Shown: one piece after another, positions 50,660 through 61,948 of the stretch | Position numbering within the stretch: position 1 is the stretch's first letter | Layout of the letters: the number at the start of each line of letters is the position of its first letter | From: an uncultured Alphaproteobacteria bacterium | GTDB taxonomy: Bacteria; Pseudomonadota; Alphaproteobacteria; Rhodobacterales; Rhodobacteraceae | NCBI GenBank assembly: GCA_963715835.1 | Contig: CAVQSH010000003.1 | Span: forward strand, 25,918-89,917 | Direction: 5' to 3' | Length of the DNA: 64,000 nucleotides | The notes under the pieces: generated by a model | The model's database searches: none | The model's input: the letters and a program-made list of their open reading frames with translations, nothing else | What the model was told of the DNA's origin: nothing | Program-made: the position numbers and the translations under genes

Positions 50660-53600
50660 TCACGTCTTGAACACCCGGTAGATCGCCGGGATCACCAGCA
50701 CCGTCAGCAGGGTCGAGCTGAACAGACCGAACAGCAGCGACAGCGCCAGACCCTGAAAGATCGGATCCGCCAGGATCACCGTCGCCCCGAACATCGCGGC
50801 CAAGGCGGTCAGCAGGATCGGCTTGAACCGGATCGCGCCCGCCTCCAGCAGGATATCCACCGGCGATTTGCCCGCAGGGTCAGTGTGGCGGATGAAATCC
50901 ACCAAGAGGATCGAGTTGCGCACGATGATCCCCGCCAGCGCGATGAACCCGATCATCGAGGTGGCCGAAAACGGCGCGGCCCACAACCAATGCCCGATCA
51001 TGATCCCAAGGAAAGTCAGCGGCACCGGCGTCAGCACCACCAAAGGTACCCGGAACGATCCGAACTGCGCCACCACCAGCACATAGATCGCCAGCAGCGC
51101 CACCCCGAAGGCCGCCCCCATGTCGCGGAAAGTGACCCATGTCACCTCCCATTCGCCATCCCACAGGATCGTGGGGCGGCTGTCGTCCAGCGGCTGGCCG
51201 TTCAGCAGGACCAGCGGCTTTTCGCCCTCGGCCCAGTCCATCGCGTCCAGCGCGCTGGCCCACTTCGACGATACCGTAAAGCGGTGCCTCGAACCGGCCC
51301 GCCAGTTCGGCCATCACCATCTCGGCAGGCCGTCCGTTGCGGCGGAAGATCGGATAGGACATGCGTTTCTTCCTCGATCCGCACCACATCGCCCAGTTCC
51401 ACCACGCCGCGCGCGCCGGGCAGGACGTTGGCCGGGATCGGCGTGGACAGGAACCGCTCGTCCATCACCCGGTCCGACAGGTCGCGCGCGACCGTGATCG
51501 GGATCGGGCGGCGGCCATCCTCGCGATGCGAATAGCCCACCACGGTCTCGCCGTTCAGGATGCCGATCGTGTCGAACACGTCCTGCTCCTGCACCTGAAA
51601 GAACTCCAGATCGTCGGGCGAGATCAGCGCCCGCAACCGGCGCGGCGGATTGCCGAAACTGTCATCCACATCGACGATGAAATCCACGCTCTCGAAAGCG
51701 GTCCGCAGCTTGCGCGCCGTCTCGCGCCGGGCTTCGGGCGTGGGGCCGTAAACCTCGGCCAGCAGCGTCGCCATGACCGGCGGGCCGGGCGGCGGTTCCA
51801 CCGTCTTCAGGCTCGCCCCCTCAGGCAGGTCCAGCGCCTTGAGGCGTTCGCGCAGTTCCAGCGCGATCTCGTGGCTGGACCGGGCGCCATGGCCCACTTC
51901 GGACAGGTTGATCTGCACATCGCCCATATAGGGCTCGGCCCGCAGGAAATAGTGCCGCACCAGCCCGTTGAAGTTGAAGGGCGCGGCGGTGCCCGCATAG
52001 GTCTGCACGCTCAGAACCTCGTGCAGCTCCATCGCGATGCGCGCCACCGATTGCGCCACCGCATCAGTCGCCTCGACCGCCGTGCCCTCGGGCATGTCGA
52101 TCACGACAGCCAGTTCCTGCTTGTTGTCGAAGGGCAGCAGTTTCACCGTCACATGCTGCGTGTAAAGCAGACCGAGCGAGCCGAAAGACAGCACCGCCGT
52201 GACCAGCAGGAACGTCAGGCTGCGCGCCTTGGTGGCCAGAACGGGCCGCGCCACGCGGGTGAACAGCCGCCCCAGAAAGCCCCCATCCGCCCCGTCATGC
52301 CCATGCATCGGCGCATTGCCCGCGATCTTGACCATCAGCCAGGGCGTCACCATCACCGCGATGAAGAACGAGATGATCATCGCCGCCGAAGCCACCGCCG
52401 GGATCGGGCTCATATAGGGTCCCATCAGCCCCGACACGAACAGCATCGGCAGAAGTGCGGCCACCACCGTCAGCGTGGCGACAATGGTGGGGTTGCCCAC
52501 CTCGGCCACGGCGTCGATGGCGCGGGTCACGCGGTCGCGCCCGTCCTTCATGCCCCAGTGGCGCGCGATATTCTCGATCACCACGATGGCGTCATCGACA
52601 AGGATACCGATGGAAAAGATCAGCGCGAACAGCGACACCCGGTTCAGCGTATAGCCCATGATCCAGGCACCAAACAGCGTCAGCAGGATCGTCACCGGGA
52701 TCACCACGGCGACCACGATGCTTTCGCGCCAGCCAATGGCCACCAGCGTCAGCACGATGATCGACAGCGTCGCCAGAAACAGCTTCAGCAGCAGCGTATC
52801 GGCCTTTTTCTGCGCTGTCTCACCATAGTTGCGGGTGATCTCGACCGCGACACTCTCCGGGATCAGCGTCTCCTGCAAAGCGGCGGTCCGGCCAAGGATC
52901 TGATCGGCCACCACCACGGCGTTGGACCCTGCCCGCTTGGCGAAGGCCAGCGTCACGGCAGGGCTGCGCGTGATCGTGCCATCCTCGGCGCGGGTCACAT
53001 GGGCGACGATGCGGTCGGACATGTCGGGCACGAATGCGATCGTGGCCACATCGCCCACATAGACGGGGCGATTGTCCCGCGTGGTCAGCAGCAGGCCCGC
53101 CACCTCGGCAGGCGCGGTCAGGCTTTGGCCCGCGACCAGTCCGATCTGTTCGCCGCCGTCGCGCAGGGTTCCGGCCTTCATGGTCCGGTTGGCCGATTGC
53201 ACCTTGCCCGCAAGCTGTTGCAGCGTGATCCCGTACATCGCCATGCGCTCGGGATCGGGCGCGATGCGGATCGCCTCATTGGCCTCGCCCACGATATAGC
53301 TCAGGCCCACATCCTCGACGCGCGACAGATCGGCCCTGAGTTCGCGCGCCAGCCGGGTCAGGTCATTGGCGCTGACCTCGGCCCCCTCCTGTGCGGTCAG
53401 GGTCAGGGTCACGATGGCCACATCGTCGATCCCGCGCCCGATGATCAGGGGTTCCGGGATGCCCACGGGGATGCGGTCCATATTGGCGCGCACCTTTTCA
53501 TGCACCCGCAGGATCGCCGCGTCCGAGGACGTGCCGACCTCGAACCGCGCGGTGATCATCGCGCCGTCATCCATGGTCTGCGAATAGACATGTTCGACGC

Positions 53601-53856
53601 CGTTGATCGCCTTGACGATGGTCTCCATCGGCTCGGAGACAAGGCGCACCGCATCCTCGGCCTTCAGCCCCGGCGCCTGCAACAGGATGTTCACCATCGG
53701 CACGGAAATCTGCGGCTCTTCCTCGCGCGGGACGACCATCAGCGCGATGATCCCCATGGCCAGCGCGGCCAGCATGATGAGCGGGGTCAGGGGCGAGCGG
53801 ATGAACCCTTGTGTCAGGTTCCCCGCAATGCCCAGCGATTGGGGTGTGTCGCTCAT
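50660..53856 (-). CDS. RND efflux permease (AcrB/CzcA superfamily; frameshifts ~51360 and ~51255)
   Basis: PREEEPQISVP, IGILVDDAIVVIEN, GIIVRNSILLVDF, RFKPILLT. Confidence 0.92.
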
Positions 53857-54818
53857 TTCAGCACCACCGTATCGCCATCCGTCAGGCCCGACAGAACCTC
53901 GCGCAGCGTGACACCGTCAACCTCGTGGCGCTGACCCAGCATCACCGCGCGTTCGCCCTGATGCGCCCCCTCGACGGTCACGAAATCCAGCCCCGACCGG
54001 GTGGTGATCGCGCTTTCCGGCACCAGAAGCGCCTCGCGCTGCCCGACGGCCAGACGCACCAGCACGCGGGCATTGACGAAAGCGTCATTCAGGCCCTCGA
54101 CCGCCACATCGGCGATCACGCGCCCGTTCTCGATCTGCGGATAGATCCGCGCCAGACGGCCCGTGGCGCTCTCGCCCGCGCCGTCGATCTCGATCACATC
54201 GCCCTCGCTCAGCGCGCGGGCATGGCGTTCCGGGATGGCCAGCCGCAGGAAGAACCCGCCGCCGCCCAGCGTCGCCACCGCCTCGCCCGGCATCACGACC
54301 GCACCGGCTGCGGCGGGCACCGTCAGCACCAGCCCCGAGATCGGGGCCAGCACATCGCCCTCGGTCGCCTGCTGTTCGACGACCGAGCGTTCTGCGCGCG
54401 TCGCGTCGATCTGGCTGGTCAGAACATCGACCTGCGTGCGCAGCGCGTCCAGCCGCTGCACCGTGGTGACGCCCCGGCGCAGCAATTCCTCGCCGCGCTC
54501 CAGTTCCACCTGCGCGTTGTCCAGTTGCGATTGCAGCGATTGCAACTGCGCGTCCACGGCGCGCAGGCGCAGGTCCAGCTTGTCATCGACCACGCGGGCC
54601 AGCACCTGCCCCGCCTCGACCCGGTCGCCCTCGACCACGCCCAGCGAGACCAGCGTGCCCCCCAGCCGCGCGCGGGCCGGCAGGCGCGTCTGCGCCTCGA
54701 TCTGCCCATAGACGGCTTTCCAGTCGGTGACAGGCTGCGCCGTCACGGCGAGGGATTCGGCGTATGCCGCAGGCGTGAGGGACAAAAGCCCAACCAGAGC
54801 AAAGACTTGCGCTTTCAT
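53853..54818 (-). CDS. RND periplasmic adaptor (MFP)
   Basis: GGAGG RBS, signal peptide, VVEGDRVEAGQVL, VLAPISG. Confidence 0.9.
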   Translation of the reverse strand: MKAQVFALVGLLSLTPAAYAESLAVTAQPVTDWKAVYGQIEAQTRLPARARLGGTLVSLGVVEGDRVEAGQVLARVVDDKLDLRLRAVDAQLQSLQSQLDNAQVELERGEELLRRGVTTVQRLDALRTQVDVLTSQIDATRAERSVVEQQATEGDVLAPISGLVLTVPAAAGAVVMPGEAVATLGGGGFFLRLAIPERHARALSEGDVIEIDGAGESATGRLARIYPQIENGRVIADVAVEGLNDAFVNARVLVRLAVGQREALLVPESAITTRSGLDFVTVEGAHQGERAVMLGQRHEVDGVTLREVLSGLTDGDTVVLK

Positions 54819-54863
54819 GTGCGCCTCCATGAATGTCGTGCGAGCCACCAGGGGATCGCTTTC

Positions 54864-54883
54864 ATATTCCATATAGTGAATAT
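54864..54883. promoter_or_regulatory. ATATTC-N8-GAATAT palindrome, SqrR/BigR-type operator
   Basis: ATATTC-catatagt-GAATAT about 45 bp upstream of the MFP start; matches the ATTC-N8-GAAT pattern. Confidence 0.65.
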
Positions 54884-55002
54884 TTGATTCGGGCACAATG
54901 GCAGACCCTGTGGAAAGATCCACGCGATCCTCACCTTTGCCGAAACCGTCTTCACCCTGCGCCGACCATAGGGGGCCGCCAGGGCGGCCGCCCTGACCCA
55001 GA

Positions 55003-57474
55003 TCAAGACACGGCAGACCCGCTCTCCGCTCCCTTGTCGCGACCAAAGCGCCGGCGCGCGGCGGCAAAAGCCGCCAGCCGTGCCTCGACCCGGCCATTGA
55101 CGCTGTCCTCGGGATAGGTCCCCGCCGCCCCGCGCACACCTGCGGGAACGCCCGTCAGCAGCGCGATCCCCTCGTCGATGGTGGCGACGGGCAGCACGCG
55201 GAACCGCCCGTCGGCGACAGCCTGCACCACATCGGGCCGCAGCATCAGATGCGGGACATTGGTGGCCGGGATCAGCACCCCCTGCTCGCCGGTCAGGCCG
55301 CGCGCGGCGCAGATGTCGAAAAACCCCTCGATCTTTTCATTCACCCCGCCGATGGCCTGCACCTGCCCGGCCTGATTGACCGACCCCGTCACCGCCAGCC
55401 CCTGCCGGATCGGCAGTTCCGCCAGCGCCGAGAGCAGCGCGTAAAGCTCGGCCGAGGACGCACTGTCACCGTCCACACCGCCATAGCTCTGCTCGAACAC
55501 CAGACTGGCGTGGAGCGAGAACGGCACATCCCGCGCATAATTGGCGGCCAGATAGCCCGACAGGATCAACACGCCCTTGGAATGCAGCGGCCCGCCCAGA
55601 TCGACTTCGCGCTCGATATCGACCAGCTTGCCCGCCCCCATCCTGACCCGCGCCGTGATCCGCGACGGCTGCCCGAAGCGGAAGGTCCCGGTCTGCGCCA
55701 CCGACAGCCCGTTGATCTGGCCCGCCACAGCCCCGTCCGTGTCGATCAGGATCGTGCCGCGCGTCACCGCCTCCCGCATCCGGTCGCGGATGCGCGCATT
55801 GCGCTGCTCGGCCTCGGACAGGGCCTTTTCGATATCCTCGACCGCGACCGGGGACGGGGTGCTCTCCTCGTCGCAGGGCAGCCGGGCGCAGGCATAATGC
55901 TCGGCCTCGCGCAGGATATCCGCCAGCGCCCCAAGATGCAGCGACAGCTTCTCGCTGTCCCCGGCGTGACGCAGCGCCTCCTCCAGCAGCCGCGCAACCG
56001 CAGCGGCGGTCAGCGGACGCAGGCCTTCACGCCGGATGAACGAGGCCAGAAGCCGCGCGAACAGCGCCGTATTCTCGGGTGTCAGGGCGAAATCCTCCTC
56101 GAAATCCGCCTGCAACTTGAACAGGTCCGCGAAATCCGGATCCAGCATCACCAGAAGCGCATAGAGCATCCGCTCGCCCACCAGCACCACCCGGACATCC
56201 AGCGGTATCGGATCAGGCTCCAGCGACAGGGTCTGCACCAGACTCAGGCGTTCCGCCATCGAGGTGATCGCGATCGTCCGGTGTTGCAGGCTGCGCTTCA
56301 ACGCCTCCCAGGCGAAGGGCTCGGACAGGATACGCCGCGCATCCAGCACCAGAAACCCGCCATTGGCCCGATGCAGGGCGCCCGGGCGGATCAGGGTGAA
56401 ATTGGTCATCAGCGCCCCCATCTGGGCGATATTCTCGATCCGCCCCACAAGACGGTTCAACGTGGGCAGTTCCTCGGCCTCGAGCGGGGCACCCGTGCCG
56501 CCCTCCTCGGAGTGCGAGACCATGACATTGATCACGTAGCGGCCGAACTGCGGCAGCCGGTGAACCTTGCGCAGCCCGCCCGGAAAGGCCCCGTCACGGT
56601 CCTGGGCATGGGCCTCAAGGAACAGCTCCGCATTGTGGATCATGTCCTGCGCCACCTCGTCGAGGTAATGCTGCACGCTGTCGATCCCCGCGAACAGCGC
56701 CCGCGCCCCGGCGATGCGCTGCTGCACCGCCTGTTCCGCCATCCTCGCATGCAGGGCGACCAGGCGCTGCCGATGCGCCCGCACCAATGCCGGGGCCGCT
56801 TCAAGGATACCGGCCAACTCCTTCTGGAACCGGGCGATCTTCTCCTCGATCTGCGCCTGTTCCTCGGGGCTCAGCTTGTCGAAGGCCTCCTTCTCGATCA
56901 CCTCGCCGTCACGGATCGCGGTCACCATGAAACCCGTGGGCGTGCTGACCAGCCCCACGTCCTCGGCCTTGGCCCTCTGGGCGAAATCCTTCATCCGCGC
57001 TGACCCGGCCTCCTCGAAGGAACTTTCCAGCGCCTTGCGCCGCGCCTGGTAATCCTCCCCCTCGAACAGCGCGGGGATCTCCGCGCCCAGATCATCGACC
57101 AGATCCTCCATCTCGGCCTTCAGCCGCTGCGCCTGCCCCGATGGCAGCTTCAGCGCGCGGGGCTTCTGCTCATCCTCGAAATTGTTGACATAGGCCCAGT
57201 CGCAGGGCACCGGCCGCGCCGCCGCCTCTTGCGCCAGAACGCTCTGGACCGCGCTGTGCCGCCCGGTGCCCGAAGGCCCGACCACGAACAGGTTGAAGCT
57301 GCGATGCCCGATCCCCGCCGCCAGCCGGATCGCGCCCAGCGCCCGGTCCTGCCCGATCAGCTCCTGCAGGGTGTCCAGCGTCTCGGTCGTCTCGAAACCC
57401 AGCGTGACCGGATCGATTCGCCGACGCAGACGGTCCGGCGCAAGGCCCTCCGGCAATGGATCATCCCCGTGCAT
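55003..57474 (-). CDS. Lon-like protease (LonC/YcbZ type, degenerate AAA module)
   Basis: LIGQDRA, GPSGTGRH, PGALHRANGG, FEQSYGGVDGDSAS (catalytic Ser), IGGVNEKIEGFF (catalytic Lys). Confidence 0.9.
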   Translation of the reverse strand: MHGDDPLPEGLAPDRLRRRIDPVTLGFETTETLDTLQELIGQDRALGAIRLAAGIGHRSFNLFVVGPSGTGRHSAVQSVLAQEAAARPVPCDWAYVNNFEDEQKPRALKLPSGQAQRLKAEMEDLVDDLGAEIPALFEGEDYQARRKALESSFEEAGSARMKDFAQRAKAEDVGLVSTPTGFMVTAIRDGEVIEKEAFDKLSPEEQAQIEEKIARFQKELAGILEAAPALVRAHRQRLVALHARMAEQAVQQRIAGARALFAGIDSVQHYLDEVAQDMIHNAELFLEAHAQDRDGAFPGGLRKVHRLPQFGRYVINVMVSHSEEGGTGAPLEAEELPTLNRLVGRIENIAQMGALMTNFTLIRPGALHRANGGFLVLDARRILSEPFAWEALKRSLQHRTIAITSMAERLSLVQTLSLEPDPIPLDVRVVLVGERMLYALLVMLDPDFADLFKLQADFEEDFALTPENTALFARLLASFIRREGLRPLTAAAVARLLEEALRHAGDSEKLSLHLGALADILREAEHYACARLPCDEESTPSPVAVEDIEKALSEAEQRNARIRDRMREAVTRGTILIDTDGAVAGQINGLSVAQTGTFRFGQPSRITARVRMGAGKLVDIEREVDLGGPLHSKGVLILSGYLAANYARDVPFSLHASLVFEQSYGGVDGDSASSAELYALLSALAELPIRQGLAVTGSVNQAGQVQAIGGVNEKIEGFFDICAARGLTGEQGVLIPATNVPHLMLRPDVVQAVADGRFRVLPVATIDEGIALLTGVPAGVRGAAGTYPEDSVNGRVEARLAAFAAARRRFGRDKGAESGSAVS

Positions 57475-57617
57475 CAACCCCTCTCCCCCTGGGCAGAGCA
57501 TGTCGGACGCCGGATCGCGGGGCCATCCTGTCGTGGATCACGGCAGCGCCATCCGGGCGACCGATACGCGAAACTACAGATGTAACCCGCTCATCCCATC
57601 CCAAAGCGGCGCCAAGA

Positions 57618-58295
57618 TCAACCGCTGCCTGCGCGCAGCCAGAGGATCTGGCCCAGCACGGTCGAAAGCGGCACGGTGCGCAGGATGTCGCGGATCATCG
57701 CCACATCGGCGCGCAGCCCCGCCCGCCAGCCGCGCTTGATCCCCTTGGCGGGGCTGGCCACCTCGGGCCAGCGCACGATGGCGACACGCAACCGCGCGGC
57801 CCTGATCCGCGTGTTCAGGAACACCTCAAGCCCGAAACGCGGCAAACCCGCGATCTGCCCCAGACAGGGCGACAGCAACCTCATCGGCAGAACACGCTCG
57901 CCCGTGATGTAATCGACCCCCAGCCATTGCCACAGCCGGGGCGCATTACCGCGCAGGGACAGGCTGGCATCCGCCTGCCCCGCCCGCACCGGCGCGATCA
58001 GCCGCGTCAGATCCGCAGGCCGCAGCCCGGTCAGATCGGCATCCAGCAGCAGCACATGGGTCGTGGTAACGCAGGCCAGCCCCGCCGCGATGGCCGCCGA
58101 CTTGCCCCGATTGGGCCGCAGCCGCAGCACATCCGCCCCGGCCCTCTCGGCCACGGCGGCCGTATCATCCTGCGAGCCGTCATCGACCACGATCACCCGC
58201 GCGATCAGCGGATGATCCAGCGCGGAAGCCAGAACGCCCGCGATGCGCGGCCCCTCGTCATGGGCGGGGATCAGGCAGGTGATGGTCTGGGTCAT
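57618..58295 (-). CDS. Glycosyltransferase family 2
   Basis: LIPAHDE, VVDDGSQD, NRGKSAA, LLDAD, TGER. Confidence 0.88.
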   Translation of the reverse strand: MTQTITCLIPAHDEGPRIAGVLASALDHPLIARVIVVDDGSQDDTAAVAERAGADVLRLRPNRGKSAAIAAGLACVTTTHVLLLDADLTGLRPADLTRLIAPVRAGQADASLSLRGNAPRLWQWLGVDYITGERVLPMRLLSPCLGQIAGLPRFGLEVFLNTRIRAARLRVAIVRWPEVASPAKGIKRGWRAGLRADVAMIRDILRTVPLSTVLGQILWLRAGSG

Positions 58296-58864
58296 TCCGG
58301 GCACCTTCTGCGGGCAACACGGCGGGTCGCGATCACGGCCAGCACACAGACAAAGATGAGGATACCGGCCCCCAGCACCCAGTCGCCCACCCGGTCCGCG
58401 ACCTTGCCGAACCACCACCCCAGCCCCAGAAAGACCGCCACCTTTGGCAGCGTGGCCAGCAGGTTCAGGGCGATGAACCGCGCAAAGGGCATCCGCGCCA
58501 TGCCTGCGGCCAGCAGCACGGCAAACCCCGCCGAATGGGTCAGCTTGCCAAGCACAAGAAGACGCCCGCCGTTGCAGCGGAACGCCCGCAGCGCCCGCGC
58601 CAGCCGCCGCCGCGTCACGCCGAAACGCGCCACCCACGGCCGCACCACGCGGGCCCGCGCCCGCCGGCCGATGGTGTAAAGGATCACGTCACCCGTCAGG
58701 TCGGCCAGCACCAGCACGCCATAGGCCTGTGACACCGCGATCAGCCCGGTCTTGGCCAGATAGCCCGCCACCACCGCCACCACCGGCCCTTCCAGCACGG
58801 CCAGCGGGGCGAGGATCACCATGCCATGGTCCCGTATCAGCGCGCCGATATCGGCCTCGGTCAT
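58292..58864 (-). CDS. DedA-family membrane protein
   Basis: LEGPVV, DLTGDVILYTIGR, LGKLTH, AAGMARMPFARF. Confidence 0.85.
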   Translation of the reverse strand: MTEADIGALIRDHGMVILAPLAVLEGPVVAVVAGYLAKTGLIAVSQAYGVLVLADLTGDVILYTIGRRARARVVRPWVARFGVTRRRLARALRAFRCNGGRLLVLGKLTHSAGFAVLLAAGMARMPFARFIALNLLATLPKVAVFLGLGWWFGKVADRVGDWVLGAGILIFVCVLAVIATRRVARRRCPE

Positions 58865-58868
58865 GGCA

Positions 58869-60012
58869 TCACGCCGGGTCCGGGGCGGTCTCGGGCGCCA
58901 GCGTGCTGCCGCGCCATTCGAACCCGCGCCGGGCATAGGTCGCCAGCCAGAGCACGGGCATCATCAGATCGCGCAGGATCATCGCCACCGCCCCCTGCCA
59001 GCCCAGCGGCCACCCGGCCCGCCGCGCCAGCAGCACCTCGGTCAGATACCACAGCGCGGCATAGCCCAAACCCAGCGCCGCAGGCGCACCCGACAGGATC
59101 ACCGCCAGCCCCGCACAGGCGATGGGCAGCACCCCGCCGTTGAAGACCTCGAACAGGAACAGCACCGGAAAGGCGTCCCGCCGCACCCGGCTCCAGCGCA
59201 ACTGCCGGGTCCAGACCTGCGTGATCGCGCGCCTGCCGATGGGCTGGGCAAAGGGCAGCGGCGTCAGCGTGACACGACGCCCCAGACCCCGGATCACGCC
59301 CGTCGCCGCCGCATCCTCGGCCAATGTCCGGCCCAGCCGCCGCAACCCGCCCGCCGCCTCCAGCAAGCGGCTTGTTGAAAAACAGCGTCTTGCCCTGCGC
59401 GAACCCCAAGCCAAGACTGTCCGCCGCATATTGCAGCACCGCCTGATTGCCGTTCAGAAAGGCGCATTCCAGATGCCCTGCAAGGTTCCCCGGTCGCACC
59501 CCGACAGGCGGCGCCGAAACCAGCCCCGTATCAGGCCCCCAAGAGGCCACGACCGTGGACAGATAATCGCGCGGCAACAACAGGTTGCTATCCGTCATGC
59601 AGACCCAGTCGGCCCCCGCCGCCTGCCAGCCCTTCCAGACATTGTTCAGCTTGGGATTGCCCGTCACGCGGTCATCGCCCACCAGCAGCCGCGCCGGCAC
59701 ATGCGGGTGTTCGGCCATCAGACGCCGGACAAGACCGATCACCGGATCATCCGGCGACTGGACGCAGAAGACCACCTCATAGCGCGGATAGTCCTGCCGG
59801 AACGAGGATCGCAGCGTCTCGGTGTCGAACGGGTCCAGCCCGCAGACCGGGCGCAGCAGCGTGACGAAAGGCTGCCCGATCACGCCCCCATGCGCGGCAC
59901 ACCCCTGCGGCGCGCCCCGCCCCAGACGCCGCAGGTAGAGCCCCACCGCCAGCAGGTGCAGCACCAGCAGCCCCGCCGCGACAGCACTCAGGATCAACAC
60001 AGGCCCGCTCAT
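58869..60012 (-). CDS. Ceramide glucosyltransferase / HpnI-like GT2/GT21 (frameshift near 59366)
   Basis: LRPVCGLD, NPKLNN, MTDSN, GFAQGKT, LAED, RQLRWSRVR (QxRW), FEWRG. Confidence 0.88.
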
Positions 60013-60803
60013 GCCAGGCTCTCGGCATCACGCGCGCGCGCAGCGCCCGGCGCGCCGCTTGCCACAGGACGCCCCGTCAGCAACCGCAACGCCCCGTCAT
60101 GCGCCTCGGCCAGCGCCGTCATGCTGTCCAGCCAGTCTCCGCAATTGGCATAGATCATGCCATGCGCATCATGCAGGTCCGCGATGTGGAAATGACCGCA
60201 GATCACCCCATCCGCGCCATGCTGGCGGGCCATCTCCACCAACCGGCGCTCGTGGCTGCGGCTGCGGTAGAGCATCGCGTTCACCCCGGCCAGCAGCGTC
60301 TCGATGGCGCTGCGCGCCTCGGCAGGCGTGCCACGCCGCAGCACCGACAGGCCGCGATCCAGACGCCGCAGCAGATGGTCGATCCGGCTGCCCAGACGCG
60401 TCATCACATGCGAGCGCACAAGCCGCGCATCCACCACATCGCCGTGCAGCACCAGATAGCGGCGCTGATCCTTGCCGTGATGGATCAAGCTCTCGACCGG
60501 CACGACATCCAGCCGCTTGTCCAGCGGCGCGCGACCGGGATCGGGATCGTGATTGCCCCGCAGATAGTGGATCACCGCACCATCCGCCTGCCGGTCCCGC
60601 AGATGCTGCAGGACAAGCTGCGCCTCCTCGGTCCAATGCGGCAACAACGGGTGCCACAGATCAAGCACGTCACCGACCAGCACATAGGTCTCGGCCCGGT
60701 TCGCATGCAGGAAAGACAGGATCAGATCCGCCCGGCTTCCCAGCGCGCCAAGATGCAGATCCGACAGAAACAGGGTTCTGTGCAACCGCACGGGATGGGT
60801 CAT
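60009..60803 (-). CDS. LpxH/PlcP-family metallophosphoesterase
   Basis: FLSDLHLG, VGDVLD, GNHD, LHGD, CGHFH, NCGDW. Confidence 0.88.
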   Translation of the reverse strand: MTHPVRLHRTLFLSDLHLGALGSRADLILSFLHANRAETYVLVGDVLDLWHPLLPHWTEEAQLVLQHLRDRQADGAVIHYLRGNHDPDPGRAPLDKRLDVVPVESLIHHGKDQRRYLVLHGDVVDARLVRSHVMTRLGSRIDHLLRRLDRGLSVLRRGTPAEARSAIETLLAGVNAMLYRSRSHERRLVEMARQHGADGVICGHFHIADLHDAHGMIYANCGDWLDSMTALAEAHDGALRLLTGRPVASGAPGAARARDAESLA

Positions 60804-60860
60804 GCCTGCCGCTCCTCATCGCGTCTTGCACCCAGCATCAGGCCGGATCGCAACAAGGAC

Positions 60861-60889
60861 ATGACGGTTTTGCTGCAATGCCGCGACAA
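60861..60889 (-). promoter_or_regulatory. Putative Pho box (three half-sites with 11-bp period)
   Basis: Minus strand TTGTCGC-ggca-TTGCAGC-aaaa-CCGTCAT, ~57 bp upstream of the ATG at 60803. Confidence 0.55.
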
Positions 60890-61049
60890 TCGCAGCGGCA
60901 TGGCCCCGCAACAGCGCCAAGCGGCGGCCAAGGCGGGCACCCAGCGGCGCGGCCATGGACCCCCGCGCGGGAATGCGCTACCACGCGGGCCGGACCATGC
61001 GCGACCGCCCGTCATGACAGGCGGCTTGCACTGACGCAAAGGACCCGTC

Positions 61050-61832
61050 TTGGAACATCTCTCGCCCGTCGCACTTGGCTTTCTGGGCAGTCTCGCCGCA
61101 GGATTGCTGACCGCGGTCGGGGCGGTCCCGGTGCTCTTCGGGCGCGTGCCGTCCCGCGCCAATCGCGACCTTCTGCTGGGCTTCGCCGCGGGCGTGATGC
61201 TCTCGGCCTCGTTCTTCTCGCTGATCATTCCGGCCCTCGCCGCCGCCGAGGCGCAGTCCGACAGCACCGCCCTGCCCGCGGCCATCGTCTGCCTCGCCAT
61301 CCTGCTGGGCATGGGCGCGGTGGCGCTGCTCAACGACAATCTGCCCCATGAACATTTCCGCAGCGGACGCGAAGGCCCCGAGGCCGCCTCCCTCCGCCGG
61401 GTGTGGCTCTTCATCATCGCGATCACCATCCACAACGTGCCCGAAGGCCTGGCCGTGGGCGTGGGCTTCGGCTCGGGCGGGATGGAAGGCGGCCTGCCGC
61501 TGGCCATCGGGATCGGCCTTCAGAACGCCCCCGAAGGACTGGCCGTCGCCGTGGCCCTGCTGGGCGAGGGCTATACCAAGGCGCGGGCCTGGGGGATCGC
61601 CGCCATGACCGGCCTCGTCGAACCTGTCGGCGGCGTCTTCGGCGCGGGGATCATCAGCCTGTCAGAACCCCTGCTGCCCTGGGGCCTCGCCTTCGCCGCA
61701 GGCGCGATGCTCTATGTCATCAGCCACGAGATCATTCCCGAAACCCACCGCTTCGGCCACCAGAACCGCGCGACCTTCGGCCTGGCCATCGGGCTGGTGA
61801 TCATGCTGTTCCTGGACGTCTGGCTGGGCTGA
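61050..61832 (+). CDS. ZIP/GufA-family metal transporter
   Basis: GFAAGVML, HNVPEGLAVG, QNAPEG, HEIIPE. Confidence 0.92.
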   Translation: MEHLSPVALGFLGSLAAGLLTAVGAVPVLFGRVPSRANRDLLLGFAAGVMLSASFFSLIIPALAAAEAQSDSTALPAAIVCLAILLGMGAVALLNDNLPHEHFRSGREGPEAASLRRVWLFIIAITIHNVPEGLAVGVGFGSGGMEGGLPLAIGIGLQNAPEGLAVAVALLGEGYTKARAWGIAAMTGLVEPVGGVFGAGIISLSEPLLPWGLAFAAGAMLYVISHEIIPETHRFGHQNRATFGLAIGLVIMLFLDVWLG

Positions 61833-61948
61833 CCCCGCGACAGGCCAATCACGACCACGCAGCGCCGCGCGGAATGGCCCGCCCGCAAGTCCCGCCCTCC
61901 CGGCCTGCGGTCAAAAAACCGTTCCTGACCAACGGGAGAGCCAAGAGG

